From: a cyanobacterium endosymbiont of Rhopalodia gibba
Lineage (GTDB): Bacteria; Cyanobacteriota; Cyanobacteriia; Cyanobacteriales; Microcystaceae
Assembly: GCA_045159875.1 (NCBI GenBank)
Contig: CP067995.1
Coordinates: 2,496,001-2,560,000, forward strand
Reading direction: 5' to 3'
DNA length: 64,000 nucleotides
Shown here: positions 49,451 to 60,283 of the stretch, piece by piece
Layout of the letters: each line of letters starts with the position of its first letter
How positions within the stretch are numbered: the stretch's first letter is position 1
Notes under the pieces: model-generated
Database searches by the model: none
What the model saw: the letters and a program-made list of their open reading frames with translations, nothing else
Told to the model about the DNA's origin: nothing
Translations under genes and position numbers: made by a program

Positions 49451-51397
49451 ATGAAATCCTCAACATTAACCTCTTTCGGTTCTTGGAAATCGCCTATAAG
49501 TACGGATCTGATCATCTCTAGAAGTATCGAACTAGGGGAAGTAACTTTCGATAATGAGGATATTTACTGGTTAGAATCAAGAGCAACAGAAGGGGGACGC
49601 AATGTTCTCATTAAACGTAGTGCTGATGGCCAAATCACAGATCAAACTCCTCAATTATTCAATGTGTATACTCGTGTTCATGAATATGGGGGGGGAGCAT
49701 TTTTGATTGTTGAAGGAACTATTTATTTCGTTAATTTCAAAGATCAACGCATCTATAAACAGTCACCCAATAGTGACCCTGAACCTCTAACTCCGGAAAA
49801 TCAATGCCGCTATGCTGATTTTATCCTAGATTGTTCCAATAATCGTTTAATTAGTGTATGTGAAGATCACAGCAATCTAGAAATAGAACCAGAAAATACC
49901 CTAGTCAGCATCGATCTCAACACAGGTGAGATTAATACTATAGTTTCTGGACATGATTTTTATTCGAGTCCTCGTCTGAGTCATGATGGAACTAATCTTG
50001 CTTGGATTAGTTGGAATCATCCTAATTTACCCTGGGACAGAACAGAATTATGGTTAGCCGATTTGGATAAAAATGGTTCTTTAGGACAACCGATGAGGAT
50101 TGCGGGAAGTTGTGATGAGTCGATCTGCGAACCCCGATGGTCTTCCGACGGCCAATTATATTTTTCCAGTGATCGCACGGGATGGTGGAATCTATACCGT
50201 TATACCCAAAAAGGGGAAGTTGTTCCTCTGTTTCCTCTAAATGGAGAATTTGCTTGTCCCCATTGGGTGTTTGGTCTATCTACTTATGCGTTTATTTCGG
50301 ACAATATCTTAGTTTGTACCTTCTGCCAACAAGGACAGTGGAATTTAGCTACTTTGGATATTGAAAAAAAACAGTTAACGCTCTTAGAAATTCCCTATAC
50401 CAATATAGCCTCAATACAAGCAAAAGACCATCAAGTTGTCTTCACTGGAGGATGTCCTACCAAACCCACAGCAATCGTTTATTTAAACCTAAAAACCGGC
50501 AAAAGAAATATTCTTAAACAATCTAATGACCTAGATATCGATGCCGGTTATTTATCTACCCCTGAAATGATTGTTTTTCCTACCGAAAATGGGTTGACTT
50601 CTTATGGTTGGTACTATCCCCCCAAGAACAAAGATTACATCTTCTTTAATGGAGAATTGCCTCCTCTATTAGTCAAAAGTCATGGGGGTCCCACAGCCTG
50701 TGCATCTTCTAGCTTTAATTTACGGATTCAATATTGGACAAGTAGGGGATTTGGTTATCTCGACGTTAATTATGGAGGAAGTACGGGGTTTGGGCGAGAA
50801 TATCGTCAACGGTTAGATGGTAATTGGGGAATTGTGGATGTGGATGATTGTATTAATGGGGCTAAATATTTAGTAGAACAAGGATTGGTTGATAGTGAAC
50901 GTCTAGCTATTTCTGGGGGAAGTGCTGGGGGATATACTACCCTTGCTGCGTTGACTTTTCGGGATACTTTTAAAGCTGGAGCAAGTTACTATGGGATCGG
51001 TGATTTAGAAGCATTGACCAAAGACACTCATAAATTTGAGAGTCGTTATTTAGACCGATTAATTGGAAAATATCCTGAAGAAAAAGCCATTTATCAAAAG
51101 CGATCGCCCATTCATTTTACTGAGTGTTTGAACTGTCCTGTTATTTTCTTTCAAGGATTAGAAGATAAGGTCGTCCCGCCCTCCCAAGCACAAATGATGG
51201 TAGATGCTATTAAGGAAAAAGGACTGCCAGTTGCTTATCTTCCCTTTGAAGAAGAACAACACGGATTTCGTCGCGCAGAAAATATTAAACGGGCTTTAGA
51301 TGGAGAATTTTATTTTTACTCTCGAATTTTTAGCTTTGAACCTGCAGACAAGTTAGAACCAATCGAGATTATTAATCTAGTAGGAGACATGAGTTAA
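49451..51397 (+). CDS. S9 (prolyl oligopeptidase / acylaminoacyl peptidase) family peptidase
   Basis: FGSWKSPI, HGGPT, GGSAGG nucleophile, DKVVPP, EQHGFR. Confidence 0.95.
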   Translation: MKSSTLTSFGSWKSPISTDLIISRSIELGEVTFDNEDIYWLESRATEGGRNVLIKRSADGQITDQTPQLFNVYTRVHEYGGGAFLIVEGTIYFVNFKDQRIYKQSPNSDPEPLTPENQCRYADFILDCSNNRLISVCEDHSNLEIEPENTLVSIDLNTGEINTIVSGHDFYSSPRLSHDGTNLAWISWNHPNLPWDRTELWLADLDKNGSLGQPMRIAGSCDESICEPRWSSDGQLYFSSDRTGWWNLYRYTQKGEVVPLFPLNGEFACPHWVFGLSTYAFISDNILVCTFCQQGQWNLATLDIEKKQLTLLEIPYTNIASIQAKDHQVVFTGGCPTKPTAIVYLNLKTGKRNILKQSNDLDIDAGYLSTPEMIVFPTENGLTSYGWYYPPKNKDYIFFNGELPPLLVKSHGGPTACASSSFNLRIQYWTSRGFGYLDVNYGGSTGFGREYRQRLDGNWGIVDVDDCINGAKYLVEQGLVDSERLAISGGSAGGYTTLAALTFRDTFKAGASYYGIGDLEALTKDTHKFESRYLDRLIGKYPEEKAIYQKRSPIHFTECLNCPVIFFQGLEDKVVPPSQAQMMVDAIKEKGLPVAYLPFEEEQHGFRRAENIKRALDGEFYFYSRIFSFEPADKLEPIEIINLVGDMS

Positions 51398-51800
51398 AAT
51401 CCTTGACTATGTTAAGAGTTTTTGTTGACGGGATCTTAAAATTCAAAAGAGTCTAACCATTCTATTTACTGTCCAAATAACATGACAGAGGGATAAAGTC
51501 CTCCATGAGTAGAGAACCTTATCGTCTGAATTTAGATTATCCTACAATTGACTTTTTGGTTTTTGGGACCAAACAAAACTACAAGCAGTTAGATACTTTA
51601 ACTTCAGAAGTATATAAGCATGGAAGATCACCTTAAAACAAAATAATGAATATCTCCGACTATCATTTTTTGTCCATTTTTTTGCCGAAAATCCACTTAG
51701 AGAAGCTTGAAGCTAAGTTATGACCTTAGTTAGAAAAAGTCAGAAACTTAAGGGGACACTGATTTTATCAGGAGAGTTGACTGTACCCTTTCCATAATTC

Positions 51801-52265
51801 TCATTGATTAGAGGAAGGAATGTCAACTACGGGACGATTTAAGGCGATAGTTAAGGGTTCTGCTTCTACATCAGCAAAATTACGAGACAGAGATTGTTTT
51901 TCTATGTAAAAATTATAAATAATTCCCATAACAACTGTTGCAATCACCACACCGCCCCATTGAATAAGTCGTTGGGTTTGGTTTTGACGATCAACTTTCT
52001 CAAAAACACTTTCAGATAACCGTTGAGATGAAACTGGACTTGGGGGAAACGGAATAGTGGGAATCTGCCGTTGTAGACGAGAAAGCTGGACATACAATTG
52101 ATTAAACTGAGGATCAGTATCAAGTAGTTGCTGTACTTGACGACGTTCTTTGGCTGTTACCTCCCCATCTAAATAGGCACTTAACAACTCAAAACGCTCA
52201 AACTGATCATTCATATCACCCGAATCGGCTGATTGCAAATGCTGTTGTTCAAAGTTAGACATCAT
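51801..52265 (-). CDS. Membrane-anchored anti-sigma factor paired with SigG
   Basis: FELLSAYLDGEVT..ERRQVQ plus one TM helix; GGAGAGG-like RBS before ATG 52265. Confidence 0.85.
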   Translation of the reverse strand: MMSNFEQQHLQSADSGDMNDQFERFELLSAYLDGEVTAKERRQVQQLLDTDPQFNQLYVQLSRLQRQIPTIPFPPSPVSSQRLSESVFEKVDRQNQTQRLIQWGGVVIATVVMGIIYNFYIEKQSLSRNFADVEAEPLTIALNRPVVDIPSSNQ

Positions 52266-52397
52266 GATATACCTCTCCAAGGAGCGAAACCAAATTAGTT
52301 GGCTGCGGAGACGGATGCTAATAATAGCATTGTCATGACACCCCTCACAGATTGCCAAAAGGGGCAATGGTTTAATAGTCTCGGCTCGTCTTTAATT

Positions 52398-53051
52398 TTA
52401 GTCTATATATTGCTGGAGAACTGATTGTAATTTTGTTCTCGCTCTAGCAATACGAGACTTGACCGTTCCGAGGGAGACCCCTGTCATTTGGGCAATTTCT
52501 TCGTAGGCCATGCCTTCGATTTCTCTTAGAACAATGGTTGTGCGAAATGCCTCTGGTAAATCGGCGATCGCTACTTTTAGCCGGTCGTAGAACTCACGAG
52601 TTGCCAAGTTATCGTCAGGACTGGGGTAATCGGACACAATGTCCCATTCAATCTCTCCGTCATCGACGCGCCGAGGAGCATCTAGGGAGATAGGATGACT
52701 AACCCGCTTACGTTTACGTAATTCATCATAAAATAAATTTGTGGCAATGCGACTTAACCAACCTCGAAATTTTACCGGTTCTTTCAGGCGTTTAATATTG
52801 CGATAAACCCTAATCCAAACTTCTTGGGCAAGATCTGCTCTATCTTGCCAATCAGGAGCAAGGTGATAGAGAATTCTATCTACATGAGACTGGTAACGAC
52901 TTAATAGCTCTGAAAATGCTATCCGGTCCGGTTTAAACCCTTCTTGACAGCTTAAAATTAGGTCGTAATTAGACAGTCGCTCTGGAGATAGATTGAGGGA
53001 AGCTCGTCTTCCTTGTGCTGTTGACCAGGATGCTGAAATTGCTTGACTCAT
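52398..53051 (-). CDS. sigG: ECF (group 4) RNA polymerase sigma factor SigG
   Basis: DLAQEVWIRVYRNI, FRGWLSRIATNLFYDELRKRKR, GVSLGTVKSRIARAR. Confidence 0.92.
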   Translation of the reverse strand: MSQAISASWSTAQGRRASLNLSPERLSNYDLILSCQEGFKPDRIAFSELLSRYQSHVDRILYHLAPDWQDRADLAQEVWIRVYRNIKRLKEPVKFRGWLSRIATNLFYDELRKRKRVSHPISLDAPRRVDDGEIEWDIVSDYPSPDDNLATREFYDRLKVAIADLPEAFRTTIVLREIEGMAYEEIAQMTGVSLGTVKSRIARARTKLQSVLQQYID

Positions 53052-54099
53052 TAGGTTACCCGATGCGTGATTACTCCTCACATTAATCTTCTCAGGACGG
53101 ATTATTTAATTATAAGGTTCCCATTAACAATTATTTTTTTTAATCGAAAGCTAAGAATATTAGTAAAGTGGTCATCTTCTGAAAATATGCCTTTTTTAAA
53201 ATTGTTTTTTAGTCTTCAACAATTTTAAATTTAAGATGACATTTGATTACTTTAGCTAACTGTTCACAGATTAAGAGTTCAAAGTACTGGTGGTATAATA
53301 GGCGAAGTAACCGATTAAGAGCATAGGCTACAATATCCTCCATATAAAATTGAATTAAGATGTTAAATCTCAAATTTAGCCATGAATCATATGGCTAAAT
53401 TCGAGATTAATTGCTTTATAGCATTAACAGATTGTTTGTGATGCATAGCTATTACTTCTCTCATTAATCAAGACTTCCATAAATTATTCAAAGCGATGTA
53501 TTCTTCAAGAGATAGTTCTGCAATTGATTCACAAATACCTCCTACTTCTATTTTTATTGTTAAAGTGAGATTGCAATTTTTATACGACGCGTATTTAACC
53601 ATGTTTTGAGTGCTCATGTGCAAAAAAAAATATATCAGTTGTAATAACAAGATAACAACATAATATTAAAATTTAAAAGTCTATTTTTATAAAAAAATCA
53701 AGAATATAAAATTTTAATTTTGATCAAAAATAAGCTCTTATAGTCACTTTTTTATAAAAAATAAAAAATTTAATTTTTACCAGTTAATAGTTATAGTTTT
53801 AGATTCTCAGTCTATAAAGGTTAAAATACTAAACTTGTCAGAAAATGTAAGGAAAAGCTTTTGAAAAATTAATCTGCTTCTAAAATTAGATGTATTCAAC
53901 TAAATCTGTCCGCAAAAAAAATATAATAAGAGGGAGATAACCTATATAAAAACGATATCTAACAAACTCTATTTAGATAAATATTTTCGTTTAAATAAAC
54001 GTAAAAAGTAATTACTTAAAAATAGTGAGCTCACTGTAGCAATCAATTTTAATTATAGTCTTATAGTAAAGACAGTCTCAAAAAAAATAAAAAAGGTAA

Positions 54100-54800
54100 A
54101 AATATAAATATCAAGAATAAAAATATGAAGTAAAAATAAAAAAAATAACTTATAAATTAAAATTTAGACCATTACATGAATAAATATAGACAGGAACGAA
54201 ATTAACTCGTTGGATAGAAAAAGAAAACTGTGTTGAAAAAGTTTGAGGATAGATAAGAATGGGATTACTTAAAAAGTTAGAATACTCTTATCTAAGTTCA
54301 GAACTAAAAACATAGAAATAAAAAGCCTCTTTAACAAAAGAATATTAAAAATTAACTTTTAAAGCTAAAAAAATAGAAAAAATATATCTCTAATCAGAAA
54401 TAAATATATATTTTTTTGATGAACCTAGAACAGAATTAAAGTCAATGAGAAAAAAGGTGTTGAGTACCATTATCAAATAATCAACTATTATGGTAAGTTA
54501 TAGCTGTAAATGATCATATATATATAAATATATCGTACTACTAACAAGAAAAATTTTATGGAATTATATTCCAAGAGTAGATACAAAACGGCTAAATTTA
54601 TTTAATGGACATTTTTTTCAAAGTATAGGGCTGTCGTAAAAAAGTTTAATTGATAGAAGATAATGACGGATGACATCATAGCTAAAGATATGAAAATTCT
54701 TTCAAGAATTATTAGAGAACATCTACTAGCTCAATTCAGAATAATTAAGTTAATAAAGAAATTGTAGATGTTAATAGATGAGCCTTAAGTTAATGAGTAA
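54100..54800 (+). mobile_element. IS630-family transposase remnant (different subgroup)
   Basis: TGTKLTRWIEKENCVEKV, LKKLEYSY, FFDEPRTELKSMRKKV and LWNYIPRVDTKRLNL follow the WTG.K.ARWIE / FFDEHR.GLK / LIPRVN pattern. Confidence 0.7.
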
Positions 54801-54987
54801 TTTTAAAAAATTAATGAGATAAAATAAAAAATTTGTAATTTAACTCATTTGAATTAATTAAACTTACTATATTTTTTGGGGAGAGTATGGCAACTAGCTC
54901 TAGTATTAGACATATTCACCGAGAATAGTCTAATGCTTAGATTGAACTGCTGTTATTCTAGTTAATTAGAAAGTAGAGAAACAGACA

Positions 54988-55020
54988 ATCAGTAAGGGCT
55001 AAAGTACCCATTACTGATTC
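54988..55020 (-). terminator. Hairpin downstream of the aas-YlqD genes
   Basis: aatcagtaa-ggg...ccc-a-ttactgatt. Confidence 0.5.
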
Positions 55021-55066
55021 ACGTCATTAATTTTAAGTTTGGTACTTTTGATATTCCTAAAATTTT

Positions 55067-55516
55067 TTAAATATCACCACGAATTTCTTCAACAACTCCA
55101 TCGCGAACCACAATTTCTACATTCAGCTTTTTGAGTAAGTTATCTCCTTTTTCCAAACGGAAAAAGCTTTCCATCTGCCCTTGAACCACTTCCTGATCTA
55201 ACTCCAACAATTGAACCTGCTGTATTTGCTGTAAAAACTGATTTTTACTTTCTAACATCTCACTTTTTTTTTCATTAACCTGGAGTCGAATGTTATCAAT
55301 TTGTTCAGTGACCGCAGGTCCCGGGGGAGAAATACTTTTTTTTTGAATTTCTGTGACGGCTCGTTGACCTTGTATTTCAATCTGCTGCATCTGGTCATCA
55401 AGTTGAGTGATTTGCGCTTGAAGTTGCTGTTGTGCCTCTTGTTTCCAAGTTGTCGTAACTATTATTTTCAGGGTAATCGGTCGTTTTAGCAGTAAGCTGG
55501 TGTTTGTTTCATCCAT
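55067..55516 (-). CDS. YlqD-family protein
   Basis: LLLKRPITLK.IVT..WK.E, coiled coil, LELDQEVVQGQ.ES, EIVVRDGVVEEIR. Confidence 0.88.
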   Translation of the reverse strand: MDETNTSLLLKRPITLKIIVTTTWKQEAQQQLQAQITQLDDQMQQIEIQGQRAVTEIQKKSISPPGPAVTEQIDNIRLQVNEKKSEMLESKNQFLQQIQQVQLLELDQEVVQGQMESFFRLEKGDNLLKKLNVEIVVRDGVVEEIRGDI

Positions 55517-55553
55517 TGGTTTTCCATCCTTTCATAAAATTATTGGTGATTAA

Positions 55554-57482
55554 TTAGGAAACCTTCCCATAATCAAACATCTCGTCAATCATACCTTGAT
55601 ACTGTTCTATAACGACTTGACGTTGAATTTTAAATGTCTGAGTCATTAAGCCATTTTCCCGGGAAAATGGTTTTAAAATAAATTTAAAACTTTTTATTTT
55701 GTCCTCACGGCGGTATCCGGGGCGTTTTTTTACTTCTCGATCTAACTCTTCCCGAAATAAAGTTTGTACGGGCTGACTATAAAGATCACTACAGACAATT
55801 TCTTCAGAAGTTCCAGACACCTTGGGAAGGTTTAGAATAATTTGTTGGTTTTGTCCCCATTTTTCTAATGCTTCTAGATTAGGCACAATTAACGCCCCTA
55901 AAGCCTTTTGATCTTGACCTACCAACATAATTTGATCAATGTAGGGACTACGGGTACAAGCATCTTCAATAGCCTGTGGTTCTATGTTTTCTCCATTACT
56001 CAGAACTATTGTATCTTTGGCCCGTCCAGTAATCACTAAATCACCCATATCAGTTAACCACCCTAAGTCCCCTGAATTAAACCAATTGTCATTATTAATA
56101 GCTTTGGCGGTAGCTTCGGGGTTTTTATAGTAACCTTGCATCACTTGAGTTCCCCGAATTAACACAAGTCCTCTTTTTCCTTGAAGAACTGGTTGGCCGC
56201 TATCAGGAGCAACAATACAAACTTCGGTTTCAGGAATACATTGTCCTGATGATCCGCGTAAGTTGTGACTGTGGGTACGGACGTTAGTAACAGGGGAGGT
56301 TTCAGTTAACCCATAACCCACTAAAAGGGGAATGTTGACAATTTCGTAGAAAGTATCGATATGTCTAGCCAGAGAACCTCCTCCACTAACAACAGTTTTA
56401 AGGTTTCCTCCAACTTCTTGCCGAATTTTACTGTAGATTAGTTTGTCTGCTAATCTATGAAGAGGAGTTAGTAAAACTGTTTTGATTTTGGACCAGAGGC
56501 GTTCTGCACTAGAAGCTTCGAGGTGGTCTAAACTAAGATTATTGGCAATACGTCGGGCGATAATGTACCGTTCTGAAACGGTTAAGAAGAATTGAATGAT
56601 TTTTTGTTGGGCAGAACTTTGTTTCCGAAATTGCTTTTGAATACCTTCGTAAAGGAATTCCCAAAGACGGGGAACTCCAAGCATGTGTTGGGGCTTGAAT
56701 CGTATGAGATCAGCCTTAAACGTACGGATATTAGTGTAAGTTAAAACACAACCCCGAGAAAGGAGAAAATATTCTGTGCTGCGTTCGTAGGCATGCCATG
56801 ATGGTAGGATAGTAAGGACGCGGTCACCTGGCCTAGGTTGGATAACCGCTTCCAAGTAAACCACCTGATGGAGTAAGTTTCTGTGGCACAACATGACCCC
56901 TTTCGGTTTTCCAGTGGTTCCGGAAGTATAGATTAAGGTGGCTAGCGTTTCTTTGGTTTGATGAACAGGTTTTAGTGTGGAATGGCTTCCTAGTTCCATC
57001 AATTCTTGAAAGTTGAGGATTTTGATAATGTCGTCTGAACTTCTTTGTTCGTCGCTTAACAAAATAATTAGTTCAATAGGTAACTTATTCAGATAAGACC
57101 GGAGTTTAGCTAAAGTTTTTTGGTTTTCTACAATGAGAATGCTACTATTGCTATCACTCAAAATGTAGAATAATTCATCTTTATCGGCTTGAGACGAACG
57201 TACTGCATTAGCCGCACCAGCCATCATTGATCCTTGATCGGCTATAAACCAACGGGGACTATTATCAGCAAAAAGGGCAACTTTTGAGGAAGATTTTAGT
57301 CCTAAACTTTGTAATCCTGCAGCAAAGTCTTTAATCTTTTGATACAACTCACCATAGGTTAAGCTTACTTTGGGTGTACTATGTGGATCTTCAAGGGCAA
57401 CGATATCCTTGAATTTTTGGGCCGTTATGGGCCAAATCTCAGGTAAAGTATTGATTAATGAGTAGTCTGGTTGATTTGTCAT
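55554..57482 (-). CDS. aas: Long-chain acyl-ACP synthetase (AMP-binding)
   Basis: YTSGTTGKPKG, GYGLTE, SGDLG, GRAKDTIVLSNGENIEP; precedes YlqD. Confidence 0.88.
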   Translation of the reverse strand: MTNQPDYSLINTLPEIWPITAQKFKDIVALEDPHSTPKVSLTYGELYQKIKDFAAGLQSLGLKSSSKVALFADNSPRWFIADQGSMMAGAANAVRSSQADKDELFYILSDSNSSILIVENQKTLAKLRSYLNKLPIELIILLSDEQRSSDDIIKILNFQELMELGSHSTLKPVHQTKETLATLIYTSGTTGKPKGVMLCHRNLLHQVVYLEAVIQPRPGDRVLTILPSWHAYERSTEYFLLSRGCVLTYTNIRTFKADLIRFKPQHMLGVPRLWEFLYEGIQKQFRKQSSAQQKIIQFFLTVSERYIIARRIANNLSLDHLEASSAERLWSKIKTVLLTPLHRLADKLIYSKIRQEVGGNLKTVVSGGGSLARHIDTFYEIVNIPLLVGYGLTETSPVTNVRTHSHNLRGSSGQCIPETEVCIVAPDSGQPVLQGKRGLVLIRGTQVMQGYYKNPEATAKAINNDNWFNSGDLGWLTDMGDLVITGRAKDTIVLSNGENIEPQAIEDACTRSPYIDQIMLVGQDQKALGALIVPNLEALEKWGQNQQIILNLPKVSGTSEEIVCSDLYSQPVQTLFREELDREVKKRPGYRREDKIKSFKFILKPFSRENGLMTQTFKIQRQVVIEQYQGMIDEMFDYGKVS

Positions 57483-57997
57483 TAAATTTAGTTAAAAGAT
57501 ACTTGTCAATCAAATATTAACCCTTTTATCAGGGGTGTTAACAGCGCAGAACTCATCTAAACATATTGATATGGGTGTGTTACAGTAAAACGAAAATTTC
57601 AATTGATCTAATAAAAAGAGTTGGTCTGAGTTCTTTTGCTTTGTCAGTAAATATTTAGTAGTTATAGGATACTCATACCTACCCAAGTTTTAGATATAAA
57701 AATTTTAATTAACATGAATTTTATAGACTCGTAAAAGGTTGATAAATAATCGTATTCCTAGTTCTAGTTATTATTAATTATTAAATACAATAATTAAATC
57801 TATAAAAAAATAGGTTATTTAAATAAAATACTGTCCCTTTAATTGTAAATAATCTAACATAAATTATTAATAAAATATTATATTTTTTTAAAAAAAATAA
57901 CGTTATAACAAAGACCATGCCATAAATAATCGTTAGATCTCTCTTTAAACATTTTCGAGATACAGTTAAGTGAAAAAGTAAAAATCAATAAGACATA

Positions 57998-58659
57998 ATG
58001 AGTAATCAACAGACCAATATCATCATTATTGGATCAGGATTATGTTTGATTTTCCAGCGAACATTATTTTTGTCAAGGTAACTAAAGGTCTATATCCTGA
58101 AAAAATTTATACTCTATGCCAAATTTGGCAAGAATTTTTTCCAGATCATCCTATTGTCGTTTTATCAGGGATTAATCTTTTTAAAGAGATGGACAAAGAA
58201 CTACCGGCTACTAAGATTTGAGCCAGCAAAAATGAACGTACCACAGAAAAAATCTAAGAAGGATTTTCGTTGAATATTTTCAGAAATTCTCCTAATTCTG
58301 TCTCTGACAGGGATAGAATTAAGAAAACCTCTGAAAGGTGTCATGACAAGATTATATTGGAGGTTTGTGATGGTCTACATTCAAGAACTAATGCGAAATC
58401 TGCCATACTAACACGCGTTTTATTATAAATGACTAGAGTAAAAGTTTATTTTTAGGCTACGCCTAAAATCTTTTTTAATCTATCACGATTAAGATATTTA
58501 ATTGCTACAGAAGGGATTAACACCACCCATATGTTGGTAAACCTGGTGAATCAGCACTAAAGCGTTATTCCTATTGCCCGTAAAGTTTATCAACTACTTT
58601 TTAAAAATACCCCAGAAGAAGCCGTTCAGACATTAATGAAACGGGAGCTAAAACCATAA
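57998..58659 (+). pseudogene. gpsA: NAD(P)H-dependent glycerol-3-phosphate dehydrogenase, disrupted
   Basis: IIIIGSG, VTKGL, PIVVLSG.NL..E...LPA, VCDGL...NAKSAILTR, EGINT, PIARKVYQLL...PEEAVQTLMKRELKP*; only ~660 bp with frameshifts. Confidence 0.85.
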
Positions 58660-58714
58660 TTTTGTAATTTAAAATTTTAATAAATTGTTAAATTAAGTAA
58701 AAAAAGTTTTCCCT

Positions 58715-60067
58715 ATGACAGAAAAAAAAATCACGAAAAAAGTTCAGAATTTTTGGCAACTTTGGAACATGAATGTTGGCTTTTGTGGTATTCAATATGG
58801 TTGGGCATTACAAATGGCCAATACTAGCGCAATTTATGAGTATTTAGGGGCTGATCCTGAACAAATCCCTATGTTGTGGTTAGCTGCCCCCTTAAGTGGT
58901 TTAATTGCTCAACCCATTATTGGCTATATGAGTGATCGCACTTGGGGACCTCTAGGACGTAGACGACCTTACTTTTTATTGGGAGCTATTCTTAGTTCTA
59001 TTGCCCTTATTTTAATGCCTAATTCTTCTAGCCTATGGATGTCTGCTGGATTACTTTGGCTTTTGGATACTTCTGTAAATATTAGCATGGAACCTTTTCG
59101 AGCTTTTATTGTAGATTTACTTCCCCAAAAACAGCACACTCGAGGGTTTTCGATGCAAAGTTTTTTCATTGGAGCTGGGGCAGTTATGGCTTCATTATCT
59201 CCCTGGATATTGACTCATTTATTCCATCTGGGCGATAAAAGAGAACCAGGGGTTCCTTTTTCAGTGAAATTATCTTTTTATATTGGAGCAGTAGTCTTTT
59301 TAGGCACTGTAGTTTGGACAGTAGTAACTACCTCAGAAACTCCTCCGAAGAACCTAGAAAAAATACAAAATGCTCAAGAAAGTAAGAGTACTTTAAATAA
59401 AGTTACAGAAATTTTTTGGCTAATTAAAGCCATGCCAACGACGATGAAACAATTGGCAGTAGTACAATTTTTCACCTGGTTAGGAATTTTTTGTGTATTT
59501 CTTTATTTTCCTCCGTCCGTTGCTCACCATATTTTTGGGGCAGTGCAAGAAAATTCTCAATTGTATACAGATGGTATTGAATGGGCAGGAATTTGTATTG
59601 CTGTCTACAATGGAATCTGTTTTATTTTTTCTTTGCTGTTACCAAAATTAACGGAAATAATTAACCATAAAATTGCTCATTCTTTATGTTTAATTTGCGG
59701 AGGAGTAGGATTAATTTCTTTGGTGTTTGTTGAGCAACCATTATGGATTTTATTACCAATGGTTGGTTTTGGCATTGCTTGGTCAAGCATATTAACTATT
59801 CCATATTCTATTTTATCTCGAACTTTGACTAGTAAAAATACAGGACTATATATGGGCATTTTTAATGTTTTCATTGTCCTTCCACAAATTTTTGCAGCCT
59901 TAGGATTAGGTTGGATTATAAAAATTTTTTTTAAAAAAAACTGTTTATTAGTAGTAGTTTTAGGCGGGTTTTCTTTATTACTAGCTGCTGTGTTAGTGCA
60001 TTTTGTTGATGAACCTGAAACCTCAGAAAAGACATCTATACAACCAGAAATTTTATCTCCTTCCTAA
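58715..60067 (+). CDS. MFS sugar transporter (maltose/sucrose, SLC45-like family)
   Basis: QLWNMNVGF.GIQ.GWALQ, QPIIGYMSDRTW..LGRRRPY, MEPFRAF, GLYMGIFNVFIVLPQI. Confidence 0.9.
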   Translation: MTEKKITKKVQNFWQLWNMNVGFCGIQYGWALQMANTSAIYEYLGADPEQIPMLWLAAPLSGLIAQPIIGYMSDRTWGPLGRRRPYFLLGAILSSIALILMPNSSSLWMSAGLLWLLDTSVNISMEPFRAFIVDLLPQKQHTRGFSMQSFFIGAGAVMASLSPWILTHLFHLGDKREPGVPFSVKLSFYIGAVVFLGTVVWTVVTTSETPPKNLEKIQNAQESKSTLNKVTEIFWLIKAMPTTMKQLAVVQFFTWLGIFCVFLYFPPSVAHHIFGAVQENSQLYTDGIEWAGICIAVYNGICFIFSLLLPKLTEIINHKIAHSLCLICGGVGLISLVFVEQPLWILLPMVGFGIAWSSILTIPYSILSRTLTSKNTGLYMGIFNVFIVLPQIFAALGLGWIIKIFFKKNCLLVVVLGGFSLLLAAVLVHFVDEPETSEKTSIQPEILSPS

Positions 60068-60219
60068 GATTTAGGCTCTCAAATCTTTCACCTTGTTTAC
60101 AATTAGCTATTTATAAGGAGGGAACGTCGGAACAGTGTAAAGGAAATTTTAGATAAAGTTACATGGTTCAACTGCAGTTTTTCTAGATTTCCTAATTTTC
60201 CAATCGTTTTAAACCACTC

Positions 60220-60283
60220 ATTTAAGGGCTGTAATGGAGTATATCCACAAAAGATGTTACATACTTCATTACAGCCCTTAAAT
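60220..60283. repeat. Inverted repeat with 23-bp arms (one G-T mismatch)
   Basis: atttaagggctgtaatggagtat ... atacttcattacagcccttaaat. Confidence 0.9.
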
